A stretch of DNA of 64,000 bases from Eledone cirrhosa (GCA_964016885.1 OZ024756.1:31930001-31994000), one strand, 5' to 3'. Positions 13,925 to 27,450 are shown, counted from the first letter of the stretch. The notes: generated from the sequence alone by a model not told the origin. Program-made: numbers and translations.

Positions 13925-14037
<113 letters not shown>

Positions 14038-14344
14038 TCACATTAATGTATATATACCTATATATAAAGGGACAGTGTGTGTATGGTAGGAGCGGGTAAG
14101 AAGATAGACAGACAGTAAAATTCAATGAATATATGATGAAGTGAGTGAGGTGATATATATATACATATATATATATATATGTATATATATTTATATCTAC
14201 ATCTATAAATGAATATATATAAATATATATAAATAAATATATAAATATTTATAAATATATAAATATTTATAAATATATATAAATATATATATAAATACAT
14301 AAATATATATAAATATATATAAATAAATATATAGATATATATAA

Positions 14345-14408
<64 letters not shown>

Positions 14409-14520
14409 CACATAGATATTTATACATATATGTATATATATATATATTATATCTATTTGTTTACGTCTATATTTGTATATATATATATATATATTTAATT
14501 AATAAATATACATATTTATA

Positions 14521-14579
<59 letters not shown>

Positions 14580-14806
14580 ATATGTGCGTCCATGTATGTA
14601 TGTATATGTACATGTATACTTAATTATGTCAGTACATACAACTCATTAAACAATACATCCTCAGATGTTTTCACCTAACTAGTATAACTGTATTATTGGA
14701 ATTATTTGTTACTTAACAGTAATACTTAAAAATACCTTCTAGTTAAATAATCAATTGTGTTAACTTTATTAAATTATCTTTGTTTCGTTGGAAACATATT
14801 AGGTGT

Positions 14807-14978
14807 ACGTTGTATTTTGTGATTATTATTTTCTAAAGAAATTACCCAGTGTATAAAGTACCAGTAATTACGTTGTATTTTGTGATTATTATTTTCTAAA
14901 GAAATTACCCAGTGTATAAAGTACCAGTAATACACTGGGTAATTGCTGGCCTTGTGCCAAAAGTATCAACAATTATTT
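14807..14978. repeat. 62-bp tandem duplication merging into a SINE A tail
   Basis: tacgttgtattttgtgattattattttctaaagaaattacccagtgtataaagtaccagtaat occurs twice. Confidence 0.85.
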
Positions 14979-15021
14979 TCTAAAGAAATAATTACATTTA
15001 TAGTGATGAAACAAAAATGAC

Positions 15022-15345
15022 ATGAACAGTCTATCAGATCGTAACATCTCCCGGAAAAAGTTCGGAAAGCCTAGTAAGTATAAAGATGTATTAATTGAAA
15101 TCGAGAAAGTGTGGCATCTTAAAGCTATCACTATACCAGTGATAATTTGGAGCATTTGGAATGATAAAAAAAGTAGGTTGTCTCTGCAAGTGCTACAGAA
15201 GATAGTATTGGCTGGCACTCTGCATGACCTGAGAAGCGCATTATCAATTTAGAAACCTTGCAAACATATTTAATGCTGCTTAAGGCGTTGTGGTGTCATT
15301 TGTATGTAAAATATGTGTATTAACACATTTTGCCTTGGTTTGTCA
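15022..15345 (+). pseudogene. R4/Dong-like non-LTR retrotransposon, restriction-like endonuclease C-terminus plus 3' UTR
   Basis: KYKDVLIEIEKVWHLKAITIPVII...LQKIVLAGTLHDLR matches the KY.DL.IEI...W.....IPVVIG / LQK..L.GT..ILR pattern of RLE-type elements; degenerate. Confidence 0.75.
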
Positions 15346-15622
15346 GGTTGACTCGGCATGATTTGTGGAAAGAAGCAAATTTCAAAGGACAGCACCTAGA
15401 CCGCTTCCGTATCAAATATCTTCTATTTCTTCTATCGTTTCTCTCCTTGTACCATCTCAGAGTATGTTTATCATTATTCCTTTATTGTGTAAGTATTATG
15501 CAATATACATCTGATGATATCGCCAGAATTCTATGTAACCTGACCACTGAAATATATATATAGTGTTTGCAGCAATAACATTTTGAAGGAATTTCACCAG
15601 CACGGCCTCCTGTCATTTTATT

Positions 15623-15677
<55 letters not shown>

Positions 15678-15713
15678 TGTGAGAAAAACCACAGACCCTC
15701 CATCTCAACTCTA

Positions 15714-15750
15714 CTTTTGAAAAGCAGAAGAACTGCGAAACCGGTAAAGG
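15714..15750 (+). ncRNA. Minimal type I hammerhead ribozyme variant (U3-A8 core)
   Basis: ctt-TTGAAAA-gcag-aagaa-ctgc-GAAA-ccgg-TA-aag: palindromic stem III, GUA triplet. A second copy lies at 23599-23635. Confidence 0.65.
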
Positions 15751-16220
15751 AACCAAATAAATATATATATTTTTTTTAAAATAAGACTCCAGTTGCATTT
15801 TCGATTTCATCTTTTTTTCTTTATAATTTCACTCGTGTAGGACACCTCGGTTATATTTCATTTTGTAAAAAAAAACCTCACTTTCTAATATATATAAATA
15901 TATATATATAATCACCACACGAGCAATTCTGTTCACTGAGTTTTGAGAAACAGCTCTACCCGTAAGCTGTCCGGATACATGCTAGTTGTCATGGTAGGTT
16001 CGTAAATCTCACTTTTTCCTTTTCATTGAGTTCTGTGACCCATACTATTTTAATCAGTATTTTCTTCGCCCTTGCCGTCTCTGTCTCTTGTGATTTGAAC
16101 ACTTATAGTTATATATCTGTGTGCATCGCTCTTTACTGTATCATTAAGGCCCGAAACAAATTATTTTCCTTAAGCTATTTTAATTATAAGAGACTTATGT
16201 GAGTTTTTAATTCAATACAT

Positions 16221-16301
<81 letters not shown>

Positions 16302-16573
16302 ATATATATATATTGGATTGGTGAAAGCCATAGAGTGTCGTCAGGTGAGATGCTTTACTGTAGGTCTTCAGGCTTTTCCGTTGTGAGTTCACATTCCGCT
16401 GTGGATTGCATTCGAAAAGGTATATAAATACCTACCTAACTACCTACCTACGTACGTTTGTACATAAAAACATACGTACATACATAAATGCGTAGATACA
16501 TACATAAATACATACATCATGCATGTACACAGACACACATACACACACGTGTATATATGTATACATACACACT

Positions 16574-16640
<67 letters not shown>

Positions 16641-16650
16641 AACCAGTAAG

Positions 16651-16744
16651 ACCCCGACAGCTGAGCTCAAGCCGTTTCGACGGCTAATTCTGGACTAAAT
16701 GAACATTTATCCTGGTATTTAAATAGCCGATCTTCTCAAGGGGT
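16651..16744 (-). ncRNA. Type I hammerhead (U3-A8), left-arm copy
   Basis: Reverse complement of 19159-19252. Confidence 0.75.
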
Positions 16745-17842
16745 AATTCCATATATGGTCAAAGTGATTGTCAAAAATCAGTAGTAATTCTGTGGTTGCA
16801 AATTAGTAGGGGAGATGGTGGCTAAACCTGCCAGTAGGAGAAAGAGGGGAGGGGGTGGAGTAGACCCAATCAAGCGTTGGTAGTGCCAGCTACAGCTGGG
16901 CATGAGGTCAAAGAAGATACAGGGGAGGGGGAGGGGGAGGAAGTCGGAACGGTAGGTAGAACAATGGGGGGTAAAAATAGGAAAGAAAAAATACTGAGAG
17001 TGAAGAAAAGCAAATAAGTGTAAAGAAAAAATTAAATTCTACGACCTAGGTGTCAGGCTATTGTTAGGCGAGAATAAAATAAAGAAAGAAAGAAAGAAGT
17101 AAATAAATAAATAAATAAATAAATAAGGAAATAAGTAAAAGAACTAGGTGGGACGAATTAGGCAAGGACCCTTTTAAGAGGTATAAGTACGTAAATGATA
17201 CGGTGACTGGTCAACAAAAGGGGCCAAAATACTAAAGAGACTACCACGAAATAAACAATAAAGGTTTCCATCCCGGGCTAGCAACGACCCAGTGCAGCAA
17301 AGTGAACTTGTACGACATAATAATTCTGAGTCCCGGGAAAAATATATACTAATGCTAACTCTAAAAGATCTAAAACAAGCTACATGAAAGTTCGTACGAA
17401 ATAAAGGTAGAATACGGAGAAATAAGTTCAGAATCCACCCCGCCCAGAAGAAAAGCGAAGCAAGAAATACTGAAACGAAAAAATAAGGCATAAGTGCCAC
17501 TAAGAAATATAGAGGGCACAGAGAATAGTGGGAGCGGTCGGAAAAGGGGGGCAAGTATCCGGGGTCTAAGCCAACTGCTATAAAGGGCGGAGTCCGCCAA
17601 ATCTATCAAAGACTAGGGGAGGGGGGAGTGGGGGTACTAAGGCTACATGGGGCCAAAGGGCAGCCTCGGGTGGGCGATAAAAGACGCCGACAAAGGAGAA
17701 GAGCTGGGGTAGAAGGACAAAGGAGAGAGGGGGGAAGGAAATAAAGGATGCGATAAAAGAATACAAAGAAGATCTTACGTCTTCCTTGGCAAGCAGGGGT
17801 TACCCATTGCAAAATCGGCAACTGGGGTGTTATAGCCCTAGT

Positions 17843-18082
17843 CTACCCCCCCGGGTCATTATGGGGTTTGAGGGCGAGGTAAGTCCTACGCAATCTATGT
17901 TTACATGCAGTAACCAGTTCATCTTTCTTGTTTAGGAGTTGGTCCGTCGAAAACAGCATTTGTAAAGTTTCCTCCGAGCATAAATTGCACGGACGGCGTC
18001 CTCCCGTGTAAGAATTGGCTCTGGACAGTAATCTCCAAGTGAGATCATAGGTGATGTTGTTGTCCTTGAGGTCCCATATGTG
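17843..18082 (-). pseudogene. 5'-truncated PLE ORF, GIY-YIG endonuclease C-terminal region
   Basis: Manual translation HIWDLKDNNITYDLTWRLLSRANSYTGGRRPCNLCSEETLQMLFSTDQLLNKKDELVTACKHRLRRTYLALKPHNDPGG* has the W.LK...Y...W / C.LC..E / LLNK..E....C.H signature. It has no start codon, so it is absent from the ORF track. Confidence 0.85.
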
Positions 18083-19158
18083 GCCCGATTTTGCAATGGG
18101 TAACCCCTGCTTGCCAAGGAAGACGTAAGATCTTCTTTGTATTCTTTTATCGCATCCTTTATTTCCTTCCCCCCTCTCTCCTTTGTCCTTCTACCCCAGC
18201 TCTTCTCCTTTGTCGGCGTCTTTTATCGCCCACCCGAGGCTGCCCTTTGGCCCCATGTAGCCTTAGTACCCCCACTCCCCCCTCCCCTAGTCTTTGATAG
18301 ATTTGGCGGACTCCGCCCTTTATAGCAGTTGGCTTAGACCCCGGATACTTGCCCCCCTTTTCCGACCGCTCCCACTATTCTCTGTGCCCTCTATATTTCT
18401 TAGTGGCACTTATGCCTTATTTTTTCGTTTCAGTATTTCTTGCTTCGCTTTTCTTCTGGGCGGGGTGGATTCTGAACTTATTTCTCCGTATTCTACCTTT
18501 ATTTCGTACGAACTTTCATGTAGCTTGTTTTAGATCTTTTAGAGTTAGCATTAGTATATATTTTTCCCGGGACTCAGAATTATTATGTCGTACAAGTTCA
18601 CTTTGCTGCACTGGGTCGTTGCTAGCCCGGGATGGAAACCTTTATTGTTTATTTCGTGGTAGTCTCTTTAGTATTTTGGCCCCTTTTGTTGACCAGTCAC
18701 CGTATCATTTACGTACTTATACCTCTTAAAAGGGTCCTTGCCTAATTCGTCCCACCTAGTTCTTTTACTTATTTCCTTATTTATTTATTTATTTATTTAT
18801 TTACTTCTTTCTTTCTTTCTTTATTTTATTCTCGCCTAACAATAGCCTGACACCTAGGTCGTAGAATTTAATTTTTTCTTTACACTTATTTGCTTTTCTT
18901 CACTCTCAGTATTTTTTCTTTCCTATTTTTACCCCCCATTGTTCTACCTACCGTTCCGACTTCCTCCCCCTCCCCCTCCCCTGTATCTTCTTTGACCTCA
19001 TGCCCAGCTGTAGCTGGCACTACCAACGCTTGATTGGGTCTACTCCACCCCCTCCCCTCTTTCTCCTACTGGCAGGTTTAGCCACCATCTCCCCTACTAA
19101 TTTGCAACCACAGAATTACTACTGATTTTTGACAATCACTTTGACCATATATGGAATT

Positions 19159-19252
19159 ACCCCTTGAGAAGATCGGCTATTTAAATACCAGGATAAATGT
19201 TCATTTAGTCCAGAATTAGCCGTCGAAACGGCTTGAGCTCAGCTGTCGGGGT
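19159..19252 (+). ncRNA. Type I hammerhead (U3-A8) with branched stem II
   Basis: acccc-TTGAGAA-gatcggcta...tagccgtc-GAAA-cggcttgagctcagctg-TC-ggggt; predicted GUC cleavage after 19247. Confidence 0.75.
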
Positions 19253-20025
19253 CTTACTGGTTCCTATTACCCACTCTACTACCTCAAGTATTGAGTACTT
19301 TGGTGCGTTATGGTCCACCTGGTTCCTTACCACATTTCCTTCGTTATATATATATATATATATATATATATGGAGAGAGAAAGAGAGATAGAGAGAGATC
19401 CATTAAAAATACATACACACATCATGCATACATGAATATAAATAAATATGCATTTGAAAATGTACATACATACTTACATAATGCATCATATCTATCTCTC
19501 TCTCTCTATATATATATATATATGTATATATATGCATATAGATGCAATAAAAATACGAAGAATATGCCAAATTATCTCGAGGTAGAAAAATCTATTTAGA
19601 AATAATAAAAGAATAAAGAAGACCGCTAATAACAGAATCACAGAATATACAGAAGGAAAATATAAATACGCCAGCACCAACAAAAATAACCCTACCACTT
19701 CTCCTTCCCTTTTAATACAAACAAATAAACCAAAAACCAAACAATTATATTGAATAGTTGAAGGGAGTGAGGGTGGAAACACATTTATAGTGGTACTCGA
19801 TCATTTACTTCTAATAATATTTATTTATTTGCTACCTGTGAAGAATAATTATTATGCATTATTTGCAGATAGCTTATGGGGAAGATTGAAATACAGTCTA
19901 TTAGGAAAAATATATATAAACATGAGACAATAAGAAAACCTCATAAAAGTATAATAGAAATGATAAAAAAAGTATCTATAAAACATTATTTTATTGTTAT
20001 TTATTCATTCTCCCCACTCTCTCTC

Positions 20026-20069
<44 letters not shown>

Positions 20070-20071
20070 TG

Positions 20072-20128
<57 letters not shown>

Positions 20129-20131
20129 CTG

Positions 20132-20221
<90 letters not shown>

Positions 20222-20230
20222 CACACAATC

Positions 20231-20287
<57 letters not shown>

Positions 20288-20578
20288 TACATATATATAC
20301 ACACAAAATATATATATTTGTTTAGTTCTCTAGACACATTTAATACGATAATTCATTCAATGCAAAGCTATTTCTCTTCTATTCTTTCGTATTCGAAAAC
20401 TTAATTTTCAAATGTGTGATAAAGCTCAGATGAAAAGCACCACAAGTGTACATATATCATGCATACAGTTAGTTCTTTTTCTGGCGGGTGCTTGTTTATT
20501 TTTCAAAAAAATATACATTATAAAACAACACGAATACACATACATACAAACACATGTACATACAAACTGACACGCATG

Positions 20579-20773
<195 letters not shown>

Positions 20774-21053
20774 TGTGGTGTGATATTCTTGCTTCCTTGC
20801 AACATTGCAGAATATATATAAGAAAATAAATGATTTAGAAAGCCAGAGCAATGCAGTTGGGGATAATTATAAATAAATTAGAAAAATAAGATGGAACATT
20901 TATCTCGAAACATTTAATGTTTTGATACAACAGGTAAAAATACTTTTCCAATGTATGAGAAGAACGTGAGAGCGTGTCGGTGTCTCGCTTCAGTTTTATG
21001 TCACTGTATATCGCGTGAGAAAATACAAAGAACTGCAATAAACAGTGGCATAC

Positions 21054-21178
21054 CTTTACGATCTTTTGACTTTTGGAAAGGCACGTTTCCCAGAAATAGC
21101 AGATTTTGGAAATGCTTTACAAACGTGTATTGATTTTTATTAAACCATTCCCCAAATGTAAGGCTTGGTATATCACTC
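21054..21178 (-). CDS. Possible isolated exon, unknown product
   Basis: gtgtgtttacAG acceptor, AG|GTATG donor, one open frame SDIPSLTFGEWFNKNQYTFVKHFQNLLFLGNVPFQKSKDRK. No homology recognised and no partner exons found. Confidence 0.2.
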
Positions 21179-21472
21179 CTGTAAACACACACGGACAAAC
21201 ATACTCTCACACAATTTTATAAATATAGTTTAGATGTGTATTTGCACATATAAGCTCGCATATCCGACGAGATGTCGAAAAATAGTCGAGTCTCGCTGTC
21301 TCGATTGTACTCTGAACTGTTCGATATAGAAATAATTGTAATATACAAATAAAGTCTGTACATATGCTGCAACGCTGACTTAGAATCTTGTAAATGTGTC
21401 TCTCTGTCTGTATACACGCACACACACACACATACACACACACCCACACACCCACCCACCCACCCACCCACC

Positions 21473-21532
<60 letters not shown>

Positions 21533-21538
21533 CACAAA

Positions 21539-21599
<61 letters not shown>

Positions 21600-21609
21600 A
21601 CACGTACAC

Positions 21610-21667
<58 letters not shown>

Positions 21668-22249
21668 GTACCATCTTGAGGTATTTGCCGAAATATTAAT
21701 ATGGTAATATTTTTTGGTGCAACTGTTTACAAAATATAGTAAAGTATGCGATGCCTTATTGATATTTGAAAAACAAACTCTCATAATGTTTTATACGCTT
21801 AAAATCTCGCATGTTTTGGTATATGATTTGGAATAGACTATAGATAATCAACTTAATTTGAGTTTGTATTAATACAATCATTTATGTGATAACACTATAA
21901 CTAAGGTTGTCTGAGCACTTTTATGTCCGTATTTCTAAAGATATCCCCACAATTTTAGTAAATGTCTCGAGAATTTTCATTTTTAGAATTTTACTAAAAT
22001 AAGTGAATATACCATTCTTTAATTTAAACTGAAATAAGTCTGTTTCAAGATCGAAGCTCGTCAGTTGAGAGACTATTCCGGTTTTATTTGCGTTAAGCGA
22101 CAGAGAGTTCATGGTGTTCTTTTTAAACAGTACCAGAACCGGTTTTAACCGGGATGATTTCAAAGCGCTAAAGTATTTGTTGTATTCTGATATCCATTAA
22201 ATTGCTTTTGTCACGCGACTATGTTGAAATCTATTATTTCAATTGTGCT

Positions 22250-22432
22250 GGGTAGCATGGTGATGAGCGCATTGAAGCCAAAACACTATGAACAAATGTA
22301 CAGGGATAGTACCTATAGCAAATACATGCTTCTCCGTATTAGTATGCTTAGCCACTTGTGTTTTAACTTCAAGAACTAACTGTTTCGTTGCTTCAACAAC
22401 AGGAACGCGCGTCCTCGGAAACGACAGAGGTT
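22250..22432 (+). mobile_element. Old SINE family B, 3' part
   Basis: gcttagccacttgtgttttaacttcaagaactaactgtttcgttg aligns by eye to 30275-30420(-) and 41360-41560(-). Confidence 0.55.
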
Positions 22433-23516
22433 GAAGACACATGCCAACGAGCCGGTGTTTGTAAAAAACAAAATAATGGTGTATAAATGATTTGAATGAG
22501 TTTACTGTACTAAAGCTAAGTGGTTCTCGAGAAATATGTTACCTCAAGCTATAAAAAGGATAAACTTGACTACAATATTGGTTAATGGTAAATCTCTTCA
22601 AAGCACTGCCTCAGTATGGCCACAAGAAACTCAATGAAACCAATGAAGTACTATCAAATACACACCAACTATTGGCAATGTATATAAACCAACAACAAAC
22701 AATGCAAAAACAATGTGTTGTTTTTCCTTCATGTCTATTTTTACAGATCTTTTTTCTTTTTAAAACCATCATTGGCTTATAAAGCTTAGAAACCTCAGCT
22801 ACTTATTATTAAGTCGTTTTTCTTTCTTCCTTTCCTGTAATTTTAAAAGATTTGTCTCTCATTTAATGAGCTTCTCATATTTATGTCGACAATTTTAATT
22901 GGCTTTTTGTTGTGAAGATGACAACCTACCTTAGTAACATATTTTACGTGGCATGTATATATTGTGAAATGTTTTGCTGTTTTCTTCTGATTTAGATTTG
23001 TGATTTTCTTCTTCTTAAGCTGGTGGCATTACTTCATAAATAAATTGTATTAAAAATTATCTTGGTTTCTGATGCGGATTCAGATAGGAAATATTTGATT
23101 TGCTTTGTGCTTTTTTCTTCAGCATGTCATTCTTCTGTCATATAAAAAGTTGTCGTAAATGTTGTTGTTGTTGATATTGTTTTTGCTGCTGTTGTGATTG
23201 TGACAACGATGATTGTGATGCTTGTGGTGATAATGGATTGCAAGTATTTGTAGAGCGTTTGTGCAAAATATGTTGTATACAAATATATATATATATATAT
23301 ATACTGTCGTTAATTTAGATTTTGAGTTCAATTCCCGCAAAGGAATTCTTTCATTTATCCTCTAGTTTGAGTGGGTTATTAAAAGTAGCACGTTTCATAT
23401 TGGCATTTTTAGAAGAGATTATGCTCAAGCATCCGCATTAACTATGCAACACACACACATGTAATATATAATATATATATTAGCCGGATGGCTGAAACAG
23501 GTAAAAGAGTAAAAGA

Positions 23517-23562
<46 letters not shown>

Positions 23563-23598
23563 ATACATATATGCGAGAAAAAACACATCTCAATTCTA

Positions 23599-23635
23599 CT
23601 TTTGAAAAGCATAAGACCTGCGAAACCGGTAAAGG
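23599..23635 (+). ncRNA. Minimal hammerhead variant, second copy of the 15714 family
   Basis: ctt-TTGAAAA-gca-taagacc-tgc-GAAA-ccgg-TA-aag. The downstream gactccagttgcattttcgatttcatctttttt is shared with ~15785-15818. Confidence 0.6.
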
Positions 23636-23691
23636 AAACAAATAAATATTCTTAAAAAGACTCCAGTTGCATTTTCGATTTCATCTTTTTT

Positions 23692-23722
<31 letters not shown>

Positions 23723-23726
<4 letters not shown>

Positions 23727-23889
23727 ATTTCCAGGCGCCGAAGATGCTTCGTCCTCGAGGACGCACCCTATTTTGACAACCCCTCCCCCACAAAAAATAA
23801 AATAAACAACGTTTGGCCTTCAGGAGGCATGGTAGTTATTGAGACTTATTTTAGGAAAAAATTAGCGTCTTCGAAGCCCGGAAATGCGG
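23723..23889. mobile_element. Tc2/pogo-like MITE
   Basis: Imperfect TIRs ccttatttccaggcgccgaagatgc / gcgtcttcgaagcccggaaatgcgg inside (TA)n; a half copy lies at 47204-47300. Confidence 0.7.
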
Positions 23890-24079
23890 TTTATATATAT
23901 ATATTATTATACTCTGGGATGGTGAGGCTGTCAATAGAAACACACGTACATGTTTCGCTTTCAATTCAATTTATTATAAACTCTCAGTCGGTTAGTTGTT
24001 GATTGTCAAATCTCTTTTGTCACACATTATGTGACTTCATATATATATACATACACACACACATACACACACACACACT

Positions 24080-24132
<53 letters not shown>

Positions 24133-24135
<3 letters not shown>

Positions 24136-24704
24136 GATAAATCTACCAAGAGTTTACGGTAGTGTCCAATCCGTATGAAGAACTCAATGTAATCCGGATA
24201 TCATGGAAAGAAGAGATGCAATGAAAAATCACTTTCGGTGAAAGATAAACGGAATACAGAGTCAAGATAAAATATTAAAAAAATAATGAATAAAACAATG
24301 AAACAGTTCCTTATATTAAACAAAAAAAGTTCATTATTTAACGATCGTTTCTAGGATATATATGTGTTAGAATTGGCATGCATATTCAACAGATCTATGT
24401 ACAAAATTATACAAAATTATACAGACTATCAAAATTAAATATACATACCAAACACATATATATGCCGTCTTCAGAAATAAATTGAGTTTGTATTAATACA
24501 ATCATTTATTTCTGAAGACGGCATATATATGTGTTTGGTATGTATATTTAATTTTGATAGTTTGTATAATTTTGTATAATTTTGTACATAGATCTGTTGA
24601 ATATGCATGCCAATTCTAACACATATATATCCTAGAAACGATCGTTAAATAATGAACTTTTTTTGTTTAATATAAGGAACTGTTTCATTGTTTTATTCAT
24701 TATT

Positions 24705-24718
<14 letters not shown>
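24133..24718. mobile_element. PLE-terminus fold-back: 215-bp inverted arms (24267-24482 / 24504-24718) plus a one-sided tail
   Basis: Near-perfect inverted repeat (about one substitution and one indel) with a 21-nt spacer, a hammerhead in each arm and (TA)n on both sides. Confidence 0.85.
24502..24655 (+). ncRNA. Type I hammerhead with ~115-nt extended stem II
   Basis: ttattt-CTGAAGA-[atatatatgtgtt/aacacatatatat and tggtatgtatatttaat/gttgaatatgcatgcca helices]-GAAA-cgatcg-TT-aaataa. The closing pair of stem II is mismatched. Confidence 0.65.
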
Positions 24719-24736
<18 letters not shown>

Positions 24737-25036
24737 TAGAATAAACTCTATTGTACAAACGACCCATGTTATACTTCACTCATTTACTAAATATATATAT
24801 ATATATATATATCGAAACAGGGAGAAAAAGACTATTATTAGAAAGAAAAATATTTTTTTTTCCTTTTTATTTTTTCTCTCTTTTTTTCTGGGTTAGAAAA
24901 TGATTAAAACGAAATATTTTACTTTGTGTGAAGTGTTAAGGTATTAGTTTATTTATTCATTAATTAACAATGGCATTTATTTATTTATATATTTAATAAT
25001 TATCTATTACCGGTTTCATAATTTTTATGCATTATC

Positions 25037-25204
<168 letters not shown>

Positions 25205-25389
25205 AACTTTAATTATATCTCATAAAACAATACAACTGGCTTTCCACAAAATACATATAGTTAGCACCCCAAACACTTAAATTGGGTTATACTAACATAT
25301 AACCTAATGTTTGTTGGGGTGAGATGGTTACCAGTCGGAATTTAGCGTTAAGCTATCTCTGTTATTGTATTAAATATATATAATATATA

Positions 25390-25436
<47 letters not shown>

Positions 25437-25441
25437 CAGTA

Positions 25442-25679
<238 letters not shown>

Positions 25680-26106
25680 TATATATATATGTATATAATA
25701 CATTGATTCATTAAGTTGTATACAAGTCGCAACTGAAATAGACATATCTTGCAAAGATATCTAAATAATAAGCTTGTTGTTTAGAACCCAAATCTGATGT
25801 TCCAGATGACATTCTTACAGCGTCAGATATGACAGTCTTATCAGAATAGAGATATGTTAGAAACATTTATTTATTTTCTCATTATAAAATGACGTTTATT
25901 ACACACACGAGTTATACATTATAGAATATTATAATTGTTTCTATTTTTGGCACAAGGCCAGCAATTACCCAGTACAATAAGTTGAATGCAATATAATAGA
26001 AAAATTTATACATTACACTCGAACTATAAACTCGAACTTGGTAGCCTAGGATTAATTTTCAGCACTTCAAAACTATACTCATTGATATTTATAAATCATT
26101 AAAAAT

Positions 26107-26320
26107 GATTACTAGTATAGGCACAAGGCTAGTAATTTCGCGGGAGGGGAAAGTCGATTAGATCGACATTAGCACGTTACTGGTACTTCTATTTTATCGA
26201 CCCCGTAAGGATGAAAGGCAAAGTTAACCGCGGCGGGATTTGAGCTCAGATCATACAGGGACGTAACTCCATGCTTCAAAGCATGGTGTCCGACTCTCTA
26301 CTGATACTGCTAATCCAATA
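26107..26320 (-). mobile_element. SINE A, long-tail type
   Basis: Family motifs; shares its 3' flank with 32622-32958. Confidence 0.85.
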
Positions 26321-26917
26321 ATGATAGAAAGATATAAATAAAAGGACAGAAAAGGAAAAAAAAAAAAAGATTTGAAAAACGTTATATCGCAACTGCGACC
26401 AACGGACACGATGGCGAATTAATTCCCACAGAGAACAGTGAGACAGCGATATGAGCTATATCAGCTATTCCACTTCAAACGTGATACTCTTCTGTGGGTT
26501 TGGTGAGGAAAAGCGTCATTTCTGGGAACCAAGGACTCTTTAGGTTTGAATGCTTATCTGAAAATTAGTTTCCGACTTGTCCTCTTTGAGATACATGCTG
26601 CATTCGTCACTTTACCCAGAGAAATAAGGCAGGCTCGTGATCAACATCAACAGATGTCTCAATTGCGCTTTCAAATTTAGTTTTAACTTTATACTGGTTG
26701 AATTTGGAATTTCTCAGAATAATGAAATTTAGGGAATTGGGGATAGTGTGTGAAATACGGTCATGTGAAAGCGGAAAACGATGAACTAAGGAAGGTGCAA
26801 TAGAATCTGATTCAGTAATGTTTTTTTAATGAGCAGAAACACAAGAGTTATGGTTATTTAATTAGGTACTTTGTGTATTAAAAATCCCATCGATGTTGGA
26901 TCTGTCTTTCATCATTT

Positions 26918-26989
<72 letters not shown>

Positions 26990-27069
26990 TGTATATATAT
27001 ATATATATGTATGTATGTACGGAGATTAAGAGTAAGTGAGGGAAAGAGAGGTTGAATCGGAGGTAACCA

Positions 27070-27450
27070 CAGTAACTCAGATGGTGGATGGGTGCTACAC
27101 GAGAATGCTGAGGATGGCTCTGAACATTAATCAGTATACACTGAGGATGAAAAACTCAGAGCTGTATGGGAGCATCCCAAAAGTCAGCTCAACAGTGACA
27201 CAGAGGAGACTGAGGTTGGCTGGACATGCTCACCGACATCCAGAGTTGACATTGCACTCAGTGCTCCTTTGGGAGCCCCTACATGGACACACTAGAAGAG
27301 GAAGACCAAGGTTAACATATGTTGATGCCCTAAGGACAGACACTGGTCTGTTGGAGATGCAGGATATGGCAGTGATAATGAGGGACAGAGACCGCTGGAG
27401 AGAACTCGTCCATGGATCTCGGGAATTTTACCCGCCTTAGATAGATAAAT
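27070..27450 (+). pseudogene. RTE-type LINE 3' end (C-terminal ORF fragment)
   Basis: DGCYTRMLRMALN...RRLRLAGHAHRHPE...LLWEP.HG..RRGRPRLTYVD.L..DTGL...MRDRDRWR, with an uninterrupted frame and a short tagata tail. Confidence 0.85.

Larger units (their letters stand above)
16636..19344. mobile_element. Penelope-like element insertion with 1183-bp inverted arms in (TA)n
   Basis: 16636-17818 is the reverse complement of 18085-19267. The spacer encodes a PLE endonuclease C-terminus, each arm holds a hammerhead, there is a 77-nt extra tail at 19268-19344, and (TA)n flanks both sides. Confidence 0.9.

Noticed and set aside
17932-18117. ORF MASRGYPLQ...
   Set aside because: Wrong frame; the endonuclease-like peptide is in another minus-strand frame.
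17174-18729. Paired identical ORFs on opposite strands (126, 79 and 62 aa)
   Set aside because: A by-product of the inverted repeat; they lie in the PLE 3' UTR after the stop at 17843.
22180-22442. Short ORFs on both strands
   Set aside because: They overlap the SINE B remnant and have no recognisable domain.
24267-24718. Classification as a MITE / DNA transposon
   Set aside because: No transposase-type terminal motif; the asymmetric tail and hammerhead fit a PLE terminus better.
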